DNA from: an uncultured Actinomycetota bacterium
Lineage (GTDB): Bacteria > Actinomycetota > Actinomycetes > Mycobacteriales > Mycobacteriaceae
NCBI GenBank assembly: GCA_963757215.1
Contig: CAVWQH010000001.1
Coordinates: forward strand, 26,977 to 90,976
Direction of reading: 5' to 3'
DNA: 64,000 nt
In this document: positions 28,500 through 44,118 of the stretch, one piece after another
Layout: every line of letters begins with the position of its first letter
Position numbering within the stretch: position 1 is the first letter of the stretch
Notes under the pieces: generated by a model
Seen by the model: only the letters and a program-made list of their open reading frames with translations
Databases searched by the model: none
What the model was told of the DNA's origin: nothing
Program-made: the position numbers and the translations under genes

Positions 28500-31400
28500 T
28501 CAGAAAAGACCGCCGTCGCTGCTCGCCGAAGCCGACTCGACGCTGTCGAACAGGTCATCCAGCACACTGCGCTCCGGTTCGGCCGCGGAACCGCCGGAAT
28601 CTTCCTCCGGAGCCTCCGCGGGCGCAAGCAGGCCGGCGACGTAGGTCGCCAGCGATGCGATCGTCGGATGGTTGAACAACATGTTCGCCGACACGTCGAG
28701 TCCGACCAGCTTCTTGGTCTCCTTGAGGACCGTCATCGCCATCATCGAGTCCAGGCCCAGTTCTGGGAACGGCGCGTCGAGTTTGATCGATGACGGCGAC
28801 ATCCTCAGCTCGCGGCCCAGGATGGCCTGCAGGCGGGTCTGCAGCTCGCTGAGCCGCTCCTCGGTGGACAATGTGGACCAGTCCGGCGCCGAGACCGCTT
28901 CCTCGCCGGGGGCCCGGTGTTCCACGCTCGGAGCGTCGAATAAGGCGAACTCCGAGACGATCGTGTCGAAGTAGGCGAGTTCGCGGAACTCCGGGGTGGC
29001 CGCCAGCACGCGGTCGAGCCGCAGCCGTCCGACGCCGACCCGGTTGAGCGGGCCGCCGACGAGCGTCTGCAGCGCCTCGATGCCTTCGTCCGGTGTGATC
29101 GGGTCGAGCACGCTGTAGGTCAGCTTGCTGCTCATGCCGACCGCTGACCACTGTCCCCAGTTGATCGCCGTGGCGGGTCGCCCGGACGCGCGCCGCCACG
29201 TCATCAGCGCGTCGAGCCACGCATTGCCGGTCGCGTAGGCCAGCTGGCCCGGCAGGCCGAGCATGGTGGCCATCGACGAGAAGCCGACCCACCAGTCCAT
29301 CTCTGTGGTGGCCGTCGCGGCGTTGAGTCGCAGCGCGCCGGCAACCTTGGGCGTCCAGACCCGTTCCAGGCCTTCGCGGGTCAGGTCGCTGACCAGACCG
29401 TCGCCGGTGACGCCGGCGCCGTGGACCAGCCCGCGCAGCGGCCGCCCAGTCTCCTCGGCCGCGGCCACCAGCCGCTCTGCGACGCCCTCGGCGGCGATGT
29501 CGCCGGCCACGAAGACGACCTCGGTGCCCAGGCCTGCCAGGTAGTCACGTTGCGCCTCGGACGGTTCGCTGCGGCCGTTGAGCACGATGCGGCCCGCGCC
29601 CTGCTCGACCAGCCAGCGGGTGACGACGGTGCCCAGACCACCCAGGCCGCCGGTGATGATGTAGGAGCCGTCCGGTCGGACCACCGCTTCGTGCCGCGCT
29701 CCGTCCAGGGTGGCACGCTCCATCCGTTCGACGTAGCGCCCGTCGTCGCGCAGCGCAACCACGTCGTCCCCGGTCGCTGCGGCGAGTTCGCCGGTCAGCG
29801 CGTCGAGCGCAGTGGGGCCGGCGCCGACATCGAGCAGGGTCGCGCCGAGATCGGGCTCGCCGGCCAGCACCCGGGCCGCTTCGCCAGGGAACCGCCAGTT
29901 ACGGATCAGACCCTTGAGTGCCCCGATCGCCGGGTCGCCCGGCTCGTCGTCGTGGACCGACAACCCGCCGCGGGTGACCAGCCACAGCCGCGGCGAGGTG
30001 CCCTCCCAGCCGTCGACGGCCGCGTGCGCCGCGGCCGAGATATCCAGCACCAGATCCTGGGCCCGCTTCAGGGCGGCGTCGGTGGCTTCAATGCCATCGC
30101 CGTTAAACGGCGGGTTGGCCAGCAGCACGATGATGCCGACCGGCTGCGAGTCGGCGGTCTTGGCGAACGCCTCCGCGACCGCGGTCGCGTCCGATAGCGG
30201 GGCGCTGATCGCGCGCCGGGTCGACGAGGTGAGCTTGTCGGTGAGTTCGGCCGCGAGGGTCTCGGTGGCCGTGTCAGTTTCGGACAGCACCACCCAGGTG
30301 CCGTCGGCCACTGCGTCGCCTTCGGCGGGGCTCGGCACCCAGGCGGCGTCGAAGATCTTCTGCTCCAACGACAGCGGCACGCTGGCCAGGTCGACCGGCT
30401 TGAGCTCGACACCGGTCAGCTCCGCGAGCACGGCGCCGCCTTGGTCCGTCACGACGATCCGGCCGCGCTCGTCGGCCAGGGCGACGTGTGCGCGGGCCCG
30501 CCCGCGGATCGGGGCGAACACCCGGATGGTCTCCACCGAAACCGCTTGATACGACGTGTCTTCCGATCCGGCGGGGAGGGCGGCGGCCAATTGCCGCATT
30601 GCCGCGTCGAGCAACACCGGGTGGATGCGGTACTCGGGGTGATCGGCGACCTCGTCGGGCAGCGCGATCTCGACGGCGTCGCCGTCATGCTTGCCGGCCG
30701 GCACATCGGTGGCAACGACGTCGGCGACCGCGTACCGGGTCCAGCTGCCCGCACCCGAGCGGGCCTGAATCTCAACGCGATTCACCTCGGGACTCACGCA
30801 GAGCTGGGTGGTGATGCGGGTCCGGGCGTCCAGGATCAGCGGCCGCTCGACGGCGAGCGCACTGAGCTGTATCCCGTCGCCGAGCGCCTGAGTGGCGGCG
30901 GCCACCGCCATCTCGGCGAAGACGGCCGTCGACACGACGGCCTGACCGTGCATCGTGTGGTCGGCCAGCCACGGCAGCGATTCGACGCCGATGTCGGTCT
31001 GCCACACATGCTCGTCGCCGGACGGCAGTTCGACGTGTGCGCCCAGCAGTGGGTGGACGCCTGCCAGTCGCGCTCCGGCGGGCTTCTTCTCCACCCAGTA
31101 GCTCTCGTGCCGCCACGGCGAGGCCGGGATCGCGACGCGACGCCGACCGTCGCCGTCACCGGTCACGCCGATGGTGGCGAGTTGCTCGTGCACGGACAGC
31201 GTTTCGTCGTCGCCGCGCTTCATCGCCGCCGTGACGGCGAACTGGTCGCGGGACGACACCGAGGCCAACGTCTCGCCGATGCCGTGGGTCAACAGCGGAT
31301 GCGGGCTGATTTCGACGAACGTGGTGTGGGTTAAGGCGGCCTTGGCGACGGCTTGGCTGAACCGCACCGGGTTGCGCAGGTTGACCACCCAGTAGTCGGC

Positions 31401-33794
31401 GTCGAACTTCGCGGCAGAGTCGTCCTGACCAACCGTGCTGATCAACGGGATTCGCGGCGTCTGCGGCTTCACATCGGCAAGCGCCGTACGCAATTCATCC
31501 AGGATCGGGTCGACGGTCGGGTGATGCGAGGCCACGTCGACCTCGACCCGGCGGGCCAGCAGTCCCTGCGCGTCGACCGCGGCGATCGCGACGTCGACCT
31601 GATCCGGCGGACCGGCGATCACCGTCTGCTGCGGCGCGGCGTACACCGCCACCGTGACGTCCGGATACTGCCCGGCCAGTCTCTCGGCCTCGTCGGCACC
31701 CAACTCCACCAAGGCCATCGCGCCCTGGCCGGACAACCGCAGCATCAACTTCGAGCGCGTGGCAATCACTTTCAGACCGTCGGCCGGGCTCAACGCACCG
31801 CAGACCACCGCCGCGGTCACCTCACCCATCGAATGACCGATCACCGCATCGGGCTCAACCCCGTAAGACCGCCACAACGCGGTCAACGCCAACTGCATAC
31901 CGACCAGCACCGGCTGAATACGATCGATACCCACCACCGGCTCACCGGACAACAACACGTCACGCAGCGAAAAACCCACCTGCGCAACAAAATCCGGCTC
32001 CAACTCGTCCACCGCCGCAGCGAACGCCGGCTCGTCGGCCAACAACTGCCGACCCATACCCGCCCACTGCGAACCCTGACCCGAATACAAAAACACCGTG
32101 CCGGAGCCGTGCGGCTTCTCGCCTGGCTCCACGACACCGGTCGCGGGCTCACCAGCGGCCAGCGCACGCAATCCGGCGACCGCCTGCTCGCGGTCGCGGG
32201 CGGCGACGGCGGCGAAGCTGCGGTACCGCCCGCGGTAGTTGTTGACGGTGTTTGCGACGTCGGCCAACGGGACATCGGAGCCCGGGCCGGACATCCAGTC
32301 GGCCAGCATCTCGGCGATCGGCGCGATGCGCGCCGGGGTCTTGCCGGAGATCAGCAGGGTGCTGACGGCCGGTTCTGGTTGCGCGGCAATCGATTCCGTG
32401 ACCGGTGCCTGCTCGATCACCACGTGAGCGTTGGTGCCGCTGACGCCGAACGACGACACACCCGCGCGACGCGGGCGGTTGACCTCGGGCCACGGCATCC
32501 CGTCGGCGGCAATGGTGAACTTCGATGCGCCGGCGCCGGCGTTTGGGGTGAGTCCGGTGAAATGCAGGTGCGGCGGGATGTAGCCGTGGTTCATGCTGAG
32601 CACGGTCTTGATGAAGCCGGCGATACCGGCGGAGTTCTCCAGGTGGCCCAGGTTGGTCTTCACCGAGCCGAGCACCAGCGGCGCCGAGTCGTCGCGCGAA
32701 GCGAAAACCGCACTGAGCGCGTCGAGTTCGATCGGGTCGCCGAGCGCGGTACCGGTGCCGTGCGCCTCGATGTAGTCGATCTCCGAGGGCTCCAACCGCG
32801 CCGACGCCAGCGCCGCCCGCAGCACAGCCTGCTGCGCGGGACCGCTGGGCACAGTCTGGCCGCTGCTCGGGCCGTCCTGGTTGACGGCCGAGCCGCGCAC
32901 CAGGGCCAGCACCGTATCTCCGTCGCGCTCAGCGTCGCTGAGCCGTTTGAGCACGATCACGCCGCAGCCTTCGCTGCGCACGTAGCCGTTGGCATTGGCG
33001 TCGAACGTCTTGCACTGGCCGTCCGGCGCCAGCATCCCCCACCGCGAGCAGGAGATGCTGTTCTCCGGCGTCAGGATCAGGTTGGTACCGGCCGCCAGCG
33101 CGTAATCCGTCTCACGACGGCGCAGGCTCTGGCAGGCCAGGTGAATGGCGACCAGCGACGACGAGCACGCGGTGTCGAGCACGACGGCCGGCCCATGCGC
33201 GCCAAGGAAATACGAGAGCCGGCCTGCGGCGAAGTTCGACGCGTTGCCGAACGGCAAATACGGGTCGAAGTCCTCGGGGCGCATATCGCCCTCGGTCGAG
33301 AGCCAGTAGTAGTCGCTGGTGGTCAGGCCGACGTAGATCCCGGTCTGGCTGTTGCGCGCGGCTTTCGGCGTGACACCGGCGTTTTCCAGTGCCTCCCAGG
33401 CTACTTCGAGCAGCAGCCGCTGCTGGGGATCCATCGCGACCGCTTCGCGCGGGGAGATCCCGAAGAACTCGGCGTCGAACTGGTCGGGCTGCCACGAGGT
33501 GAGGAAGCCACCCTCGCGGTTGCAGATCGTGCCCGGCCGAGTGTGGTCCTCGGAATAGTAGGCGTCGGCGTCCCAGCGGTTCTCCGGGACCCGGATCACT
33601 CCGCTGACGCCGTCGTGCAGCAGCTGCCAGTAGTCGTCGGGGGTGCTGACCCCGCCCGGCAGCCGGCAGGCCATGCCCACTACCGCAATCGGTTCGAGGT
33701 CGGCCTTTTCGGCGATCTCCAGACGGGCCGTCAGGTCATCGATTTTGCGAAGAGCCTCGGTGATGATCGCCCGACGATCTGGCGGTCCAGTCAT
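28500..33794 (-). CDS. type I PKS, KS-AT-(degenerate DH)-KR-ACP, here called PKS3
   Basis: KS ([17 protein letters not shown]). AT (GHSMGE, VASH). A DH-like region with motif losses. KR (YIITGGLGGLG, YATGN). ACP (LGLDSMMAM). ATG 33794 (MTGPPDRRAII) is preferred because it parallels the PKS1 N-terminus; the listed ORF starts at TTG 33803. Confidence 0.9.
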   Translation of the reverse strand: MTGPPDRRAIITEALRKIDDLTARLEIAEKADLEPIAVVGMACRLPGGVSTPDDYWQLLHDGVSGVIRVPENRWDADAYYSEDHTRPGTICNREGGFLTSWQPDQFDAEFFGISPREAVAMDPQQRLLLEVAWEALENAGVTPKAARNSQTGIYVGLTTSDYYWLSTEGDMRPEDFDPYLPFGNASNFAAGRLSYFLGAHGPAVVLDTACSSSLVAIHLACQSLRRRETDYALAAGTNLILTPENSISCSRWGMLAPDGQCKTFDANANGYVRSEGCGVIVLKRLSDAERDGDTVLALVRGSAVNQDGPSSGQTVPSGPAQQAVLRAALASARLEPSEIDYIEAHGTGTALGDPIELDALSAVFASRDDSAPLVLGSVKTNLGHLENSAGIAGFIKTVLSMNHGYIPPHLHFTGLTPNAGAGASKFTIAADGMPWPEVNRPRRAGVSSFGVSGTNAHVVIEQAPVTESIAAQPEPAVSTLLISGKTPARIAPIAEMLADWMSGPGSDVPLADVANTVNNYRGRYRSFAAVAARDREQAVAGLRALAAGEPATGVVEPGEKPHGSGTVFLYSGQGSQWAGMGRQLLADEPAFAAAVDELEPDFVAQVGFSLRDVLLSGEPVVGIDRIQPVLVGMQLALTALWRSYGVEPDAVIGHSMGEVTAAVVCGALSPADGLKVIATRSKLMLRLSGQGAMALVELGADEAERLAGQYPDVTVAVYAAPQQTVIAGPPDQVDVAIAAVDAQGLLARRVEVDVASHHPTVDPILDELRTALADVKPQTPRIPLISTVGQDDSAAKFDADYWVVNLRNPVRFSQAVAKAALTHTTFVEISPHPLLTHGIGETLASVSSRDQFAVTAAMKRGDDETLSVHEQLATIGVTGDGDGRRRVAIPASPWRHESYWVEKKPAGARLAGVHPLLGAHVELPSGDEHVWQTDIGVESLPWLADHTMHGQAVVSTAVFAEMAVAAATQALGDGIQLSALAVERPLILDARTRITTQLCVSPEVNRVEIQARSGAGSWTRYAVADVVATDVPAGKHDGDAVEIALPDEVADHPEYRIHPVLLDAAMRQLAAALPAGSEDTSYQAVSVETIRVFAPIRGRARAHVALADERGRIVVTDQGGAVLAELTGVELKPVDLASVPLSLEQKIFDAAWVPSPAEGDAVADGTWVVLSETDTATETLAAELTDKLTSSTRRAISAPLSDATAVAEAFAKTADSQPVGIIVLLANPPFNGDGIEATDAALKRAQDLVLDISAAAHAAVDGWEGTSPRLWLVTRGGLSVHDDEPGDPAIGALKGLIRNWRFPGEAARVLAGEPDLGATLLDVGAGPTALDALTGELAAATGDDVVALRDDGRYVERMERATLDGARHEAVVRPDGSYIITGGLGGLGTVVTRWLVEQGAGRIVLNGRSEPSEAQRDYLAGLGTEVVFVAGDIAAEGVAERLVAAAEETGRPLRGLVHGAGVTGDGLVSDLTREGLERVWTPKVAGALRLNAATATTEMDWWVGFSSMATMLGLPGQLAYATGNAWLDALMTWRRASGRPATAINWGQWSAVGMSSKLTYSVLDPITPDEGIEALQTLVGGPLNRVGVGRLRLDRVLAATPEFRELAYFDTIVSEFALFDAPSVEHRAPGEEAVSAPDWSTLSTEERLSELQTRLQAILGRELRMSPSSIKLDAPFPELGLDSMMAMTVLKETKKLVGLDVSANMLFNHPTIASLATYVAGLLAPAEAPEEDSGGSAAEPERSVLDDLFDSVESASASSDGGLF
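30390..31060 (-). other. degenerate (probably inactive) DH domain of PKS3
   Basis: HTMHGQAVVS (30930-30959) replaces HxxxGxxxxP. LLDAAMRQ replaces DxxxQ/H. About 45 aa holding the GxxYGPxF-type motif are missing relative to PKS4. Confidence 0.6.
31725..32105 (-). repeat. near-identical DNA patch inside the AT domain (copy 2, PKS3)
   Basis: Partner of 26440-26820, offset about 5284 nt. Confidence 0.8.
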
Positions 33795-33799
33795 CCCGC

Positions 33800-38571
<4,772 letters not shown>

Positions 38572-38572
<1 letters not shown>

Positions 38573-41500
38573 CAGATGCCCCTTTCACGGCCAGCCGGCG
38601 CCGACTCCACGCTGTCGAACAGATCGCTCAACACGCCTCCGTCCGATTCACCCAAAATGTCGTCATCGCTCTCGGATTCCGGCTGCGGCGATACCTTTTT
38701 CGCAAGATGTTCGGCCAGCGCCACGATAGTCGGGTAGTTGAACAGCATGGTCGCGGATAGCTCGATCCCGACGAATAACTCGGTATCCCGCCGGACAGAC
38801 ATCGCCATCACCGAGTTCAGCCCGTATTCGGCGAACGGCCGGTCGGAGTCAAGATCGGCCTCGGCGAGCTGCAGCTCGCGGGCCAGAATGGCCCGCAACC
38901 CGGTCTGCAGCTCGGAACGAACGTCCTCGGCGGACATCTCCGACCAGGCCGGGGTGGCCACGCGCGGTTCGGCGGAGGCGGACCCCTTGGCCCCGTCGGT
39001 CGCCGAAGTCGAAGCCATCGGCGCCATGACGACCTGCGCGACGTCGTAACGCGCCAGGTGATCCCAGGCGGCGAAGGCTTCGTCGGCGCTGATGGCCCGG
39101 GAGCCGAGCCGTTCGAGCTCCTGCAGCGCGATCTGAGCCTCTGCGCCGAAGCCGAGGCCGTGCCAGGCCACCCAGTCCTGGCTGACGGTGTGGCAACCCT
39201 GCCGGTGTCGCGCCTGCGCCAGACCGTCGAGGTAGGCGTTGGCCGCGGCGTAGGCGCCCTGGCCCGGCACACCGAACACCGCGCCGGCCGCCGCGGTCAG
39301 GAACATGAAGTCGAGGCTGCCCGGTGGGAAAGCCTGGTGCAGCACCTGTGCGCCGGCGATCTTTGGCCAGATCGTGCGCCGCAGCCGGCTTTCCTCCAGC
39401 TCGGTGAACAACTCGGCATCGGTGATGCCGGCGCCGTGGACGACGCCGCGGATCGGCACCGCACCCTCGTCGTCGCGTTTGGCCAGGAGCGCGGCCATCG
39501 CCTCGGGCGAGCCGATGTCGAGTGCGACGGCTTCGACGGCGACACCGCGGGCTTCCAGCGCGCGGACGGCATTGATCTTCTCGCGGGTGGCCGCGTCGCC
39601 GGTCTCGCTGTCCCACTCGCGACGCGGCGGCAGCGCGGTGCGACCGGCGAGGATCACCCGACGCGCGCCTCGGTCGGCCAGCCAGCCGGCCGTCAGCAGG
39701 CCGAGAGCACCGAGGCCACCGGTGATCAGGTAGGCCGCGTCGGGGCGGCAGCGCAGTGGCTCGCGAACCGGCTCACCGGACAGCGGCTTGAGGCCTGGCG
39801 CGAAGAACTCGCCGTCGCGCAGCGAAAGGATCGATTTCGCGGGCGTCCGCAGCATCGGGGCCAGCGTCGGCACCAGCGAACCGATCGACGCGTCCTCCGG
39901 CAGGTCGATCAGGCCGCCCCACAACTGCGGCTGCTCGGCCCGGATGACACCTGCCGTCCCCCAGAGCGGGCTCTGGGCGACCGCGGCGTCCGAACTGCCG
40001 TCCCGCACGCCGCGGGTGATGATCCATAGCGTCGCGGGATGACTCTCGTCGCGCTCGGCCAGGCCGCGAACCAGCTCGACCAGCTCCATCGACATCCGCA
40101 CAGCGCCGTCGACATCGCTTTCGCCGGACCGCGACTCGGCAACGTAGACGACGTATCGCGCATCGGCGACGGCGGCGGCGGAGTAGCCGTTGCGGGTCAG
40201 CGCGTCGGCAATGTCGTTGTCGCCCAACACCGCAACGGTGCCCGAGCCGCCGTCGCTGGCCTCGTCGGCAGTGAACGGCTGCCAGTCGATGGCGTGCACC
40301 ATCGTGGCCGGGTCGTCCTTGCGCCCGGCGGCGGTGCCGGCGTCCACCGCGGCGAAGCGCAGCCCGCGCACCTCGACGCAGGTGCTGCCGTCCGGGGCCG
40401 TCGCGGTGATGTCGACGACGAGTTCTTCCTCGTCACCGCCGCGACGGCGCACCTCGACGCGGCCGTGCGGGTCGGCGAGGTCGCCGGTGAACGCGACGCT
40501 GGCGACCGCGGCCGGGACCATCAGCCGCGGGTTGTCGGCATCCAGCAGGCGGGCGATGTGAATTGCGGCGTCCAGCAAGGCAACTGCCGAGCTTTGGGTC
40601 AGCTCGACGTCGGCACTCAACTCGCCGGCCTTGGCGTGGCAGGTGCCGATGGACCAGCCGAACGGCCGGCCTTCGCTGCCCCAGGTCTGCCAGAACGACG
40701 TCAGCGACTCGTCGTCGAAGTCGGCGTCGGCAGCGTCCGGCGCGGCGATCGCCTCTGCCGGGCCCGCCGGCGGGTTGTCGTGCGAGATCTGCGCGCTGGC
40801 GTGCCGGATCCAGCCGGCGCCCCCCGCGCTGGACGACACGGTGACCGATGCACCGTCGGCGACCACCTGGATCAGGCGCGGTTCGCCCACGACGATTGGG
40901 TACTCAAAGCGGATACCGGACAGCGCCGCGGCGTCGTATTCGCCGGCGGCGATCGAAAGTGTTTGCAGCAGAACCGATATCGGGATGATCTCGACACCGT
41001 TGTTGTGGTGCGATCCCGGGTAGGGCTTGGTGGTGGACGTCAGCCGCGCCTGCCACAGATGCGCCGGCGGGCTCGCGGCCACCGGGATGTGCTGGCCGAG
41101 CAACGTGCCGCGCTGCGGCGCCGATTCGGCGGTCGTCACAAATTCCTCGGCGCTGATCCAGTGCTGGGTGTGGTGCCACGGCGCGCTCGGCAGCACCGGG
41201 CGCGGCTCGGGCGGGTGCGGCACCGTCGGCGGGCGCATGACGTGCGTGCGGTTGAGGTTGGTGTGGAAGCTGACCGTGTCATCACCCTTGCGCGACAACG
41301 TCCCAACGCTGTGGTGGTGTTCCGGTTCCAAGGTCTCGGTGATGGCGTGCGTCAGGGTGGGGTGCGGGCTGATCTCGACGAACGTCGCGTACTGCGCGGC
41401 GGCGGTACTGATGGCCTGGTGCAGGCGCACCGGCTCACGCACATTGGCCACCCAGTAGTCGGCGTCCAGGGCCGGCGCGACGGTGGGGTCGGCGACCGTG

Positions 41501-43857
41501 GAGATGAACGGGATCTTCGGCGCCGTGGGCTTGAGATCGGCCAGCGCGGAACGCAATTCGGGCAGGATCGGGTCCATCAGCGCGGTGTGCGAGGCAACTT
41601 CCATGTTGACCCGTCGCGCGAAACGCTCCCGGGCGCTGGCGGCGACGATCGCGGCGTCCACCTGCGGCACCGCGCCGGCGATCACGGTCTGCCGTGGCGA
41701 CAGGAATCCGGCCAGGCTCACGTCGGGATAGTCGGCGAGGAACGTCGAGGCCGCCTCGGCGTCCATCTCCAGCAGGCCCACTGCGCCCTGGCCGGCCAAC
41801 CGCGACATCAGCCGCGACCGGATCCCGATGACCCGCAGACCCTCGTCGGGAGTGAGCGCCCCCGCCACCACGGCCGCGGTCACCTCACCCATCGAATGCC
41901 CGATCACCGCGTCGGGTTGCACGCCGTACGAGCGCCACAACGCGGTCAGCGCCAGCTGCAGACCCATCAGCACCGGCTGGACGCGGGCATCACCGCTGAC
42001 TCGCTGACCTTCGGTCAGAACCTGGTACAGCGAGAAGCGCATGTGCTCGACGAACAGCGGCTCCAGCTCGTCGACCGCGGCGGCGAACGCCGGCTCGTCG
42101 ACCAAAAGCTGCCGGCCCATGCCGGCCCATTGCGAGCCCTGCCCGGAGTACACGAAAACCGTTCCGGGCTTGCACAATCCCTCGTGCGGCTCGACGAGTC
42201 CGATCGCCGACTGGCCGGCCGCCAGTGCCTGCAAACCGGCGACTGCGTGCGCGCGATCGCGCACGGCCAGCGTGGCGAACGCCTTGTGCTGGGTGCGGTG
42301 GTGGTTGAGCGTGTGGGCGATATCGACCAGCGGCACCGGGGCGCCGTCACCGATCATCCAGTCGGCCAGGGTGGCGGCCGTCGATGCGATGCGCGCCGGC
42401 GTCTTGCCCGAGACCACCAGCGTGGTGATCACCGATTCTGGTTGCGGCGCAACAGGTTCAGGGTCCGGCGCCTGCTCGAGGACCACGTGGGCGTTGGTGC
42501 CGCTGACCCCGAACGACGACACCCCGGCGCGGCGGGCGCGCTCGACTGCGGGCCACTCCATGCCGCCGGCGGCGATGGTGAACTCCGATGCGCCCTCGAC
42601 GGCGTTGGGCGTCAACTCGGTGAAGTGCAGATGCTGCGGAATGTAGCCGTGCTGCACGGTGAGCACGGTCTTGATGAAGCCCGCGATACCGGCGGCCGAC
42701 TCGAGGTGGCCAAGGTTGGTCTTCACCGACCCCAGCACCAGTGGTGCCGCGCCGTTGCGATCGCCGAATACGTGGTGCAGCGCGCCCAGCTCGATCGGAT
42801 CGCCCAGGGCCGTGCCGGTGCCGTGGGCCTCGATGTAGTCGATATCCGAGGGCTCCAGGCGCGCCGCCGCCAGCGCCGCGCGGACGACCGCCTGCTGGGC
42901 GGGACCGCTGGGCACCGTCTGGCCGCTGCTGGGCCCGTCCTGGTTGACCGCCGACCCGCGCACCACCGCCAACACCGAATCGCCGTCGCGCACAGCGTCA
43001 CTCAGCCGTTTGAGCACCACGACGCCGCAGCCCTCGCTGCGGACGTAGCCGTCGGCGTTGGCATCGAAAGTCTTGCAGCGGCCGTCGGGAGCGAGCATCC
43101 CCCACCGCGACGTGGCAACGCTGTTCTCCGGGCTCAGCATCAGGTTGACCCCGGCCACCAGCGCCTGATCGCTCTCCCGCCGGCGCAGGCTCTGGCAGGC
43201 CAGATGGACTGTGACCAGCGAAGACGAGCACGCCGTGTCGAGCACGACCGCGGGGCCGTGGACACCCAGAAAGTAGGACAAGCGTCCGGCAGCAAAGTTT
43301 GCGGCGTTGCCGAACGGGACGTGCGGGTCGACCTCCTCCGGTGGGAGCCGTCCGGCCAGGGTCAGGGTGTAGTCGTAGGTGGTCATTCCGACGAAGACCG
43401 ACGTCTGGCTGCCGCGGATCATCGGCGCGGTGATGCCCGCGTTTTCCAGTGCCTCCCAAGTGACTTCGAGCAACAGCCGCTGTTGCGGATCCATTGCCGC
43501 GGCCTCGCGTGGCGAGATCCCGAAGAACTCGGCGTCGAACTCGTCAGGGCGCCAGGAGGTGAGGAACCCGCCCTCTTTGCTGACGATCGTGCCGGGCACC
43601 GAATGGTCGTCGGCGAAGAATGCGTCGGCGTCCCAGCGCTCGGCCGGAACTGCGACGATGCCGCTCTTGCCCTCCTGCAGAATCCGCCAGAACTGGTCGG
43701 GCGTATTCGCCCCACCCGGAAGCCGGCAACCGATACCCACCACCGCGATCGGCTCGGTGTCGCCCTTTTCCGCGATCGCCAACCGCGCTGTCAGATCGTC
43801 GATCTTGCGCAGCGCCTCGGTGATGATGGCCCGACGGTCCGACGGTGCAGCAGTCAT
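38572..43857 (-). CDS. type I PKS, KS-AT-DH-KR-ACP, here called PKS1
   Basis: ATG 43857 ([12 protein letters not shown]) preceded by GGGGGGAG. KS ([17 protein letters not shown]). AT (GHSMGE, VASH). DH ([17 protein letters not shown]). KR ([16 protein letters not shown]). ACP (YGLNSVMAM). The 67-codon upstream extension in the ORF track was rejected. Confidence 0.9.
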
Positions 43858-43907
43858 CGCGCTCCCCCCGGTCCGTCGGAAAGTGGTTGTCGTATTACAC
43901 CGTGTGC

Positions 43908-43928
43908 GGCGAGAGAGGTGCTCTCGCC
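43908..43928 (-). other. stem-loop in the FAAL-PKS1 spacer
   Basis: ggcgagag / ctctcgcc, an 8-bp stem with a 5-nt loop, about 50 nt upstream of the PKS1 start. Confidence 0.35.
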
Positions 43929-44118
43929 GACCGATGTCATCCGGGCGTATCCAGTCGGTTCGCCGCGTCGCGCCCACAACGATGTGCCCAGCCGAAGTGA
44001 CTGATGTTACCGCCACTCGGCCGTTGCCGAACGCACCCCCCCTGCACAGCGGGCACAAAAAAACTGTCAGAGAACACTGGCTTTACCCCCGCTGCGGTGC
44101 AAAGCCGCCTGGACGCCA

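Noticed and set aside
43858-44058. 67-codon N-terminal extension of PKS1 (MCPLCRGGAFGNG...). Similar extensions occur on PKS4 (28484-28627), the FAAL (45865-45903), the PE gene (47435-47533) and the nitroreductase (15310-15378).
   Set aside because: The extensions are not conserved between paralogous modules and lack RBS support. Internal ATG starts with Shine-Dalgarno-like purine runs give N-termini that match family norms.
44057-44063. T7 run (minus strand) after the FAAL stop as an intrinsic terminator
   Set aside because: No GC-rich stem immediately precedes it. The nearest inverted repeat (ggcttt/aaagcc) is weak and lies 15 nt away, so it is kept only as part of the spacer finding.
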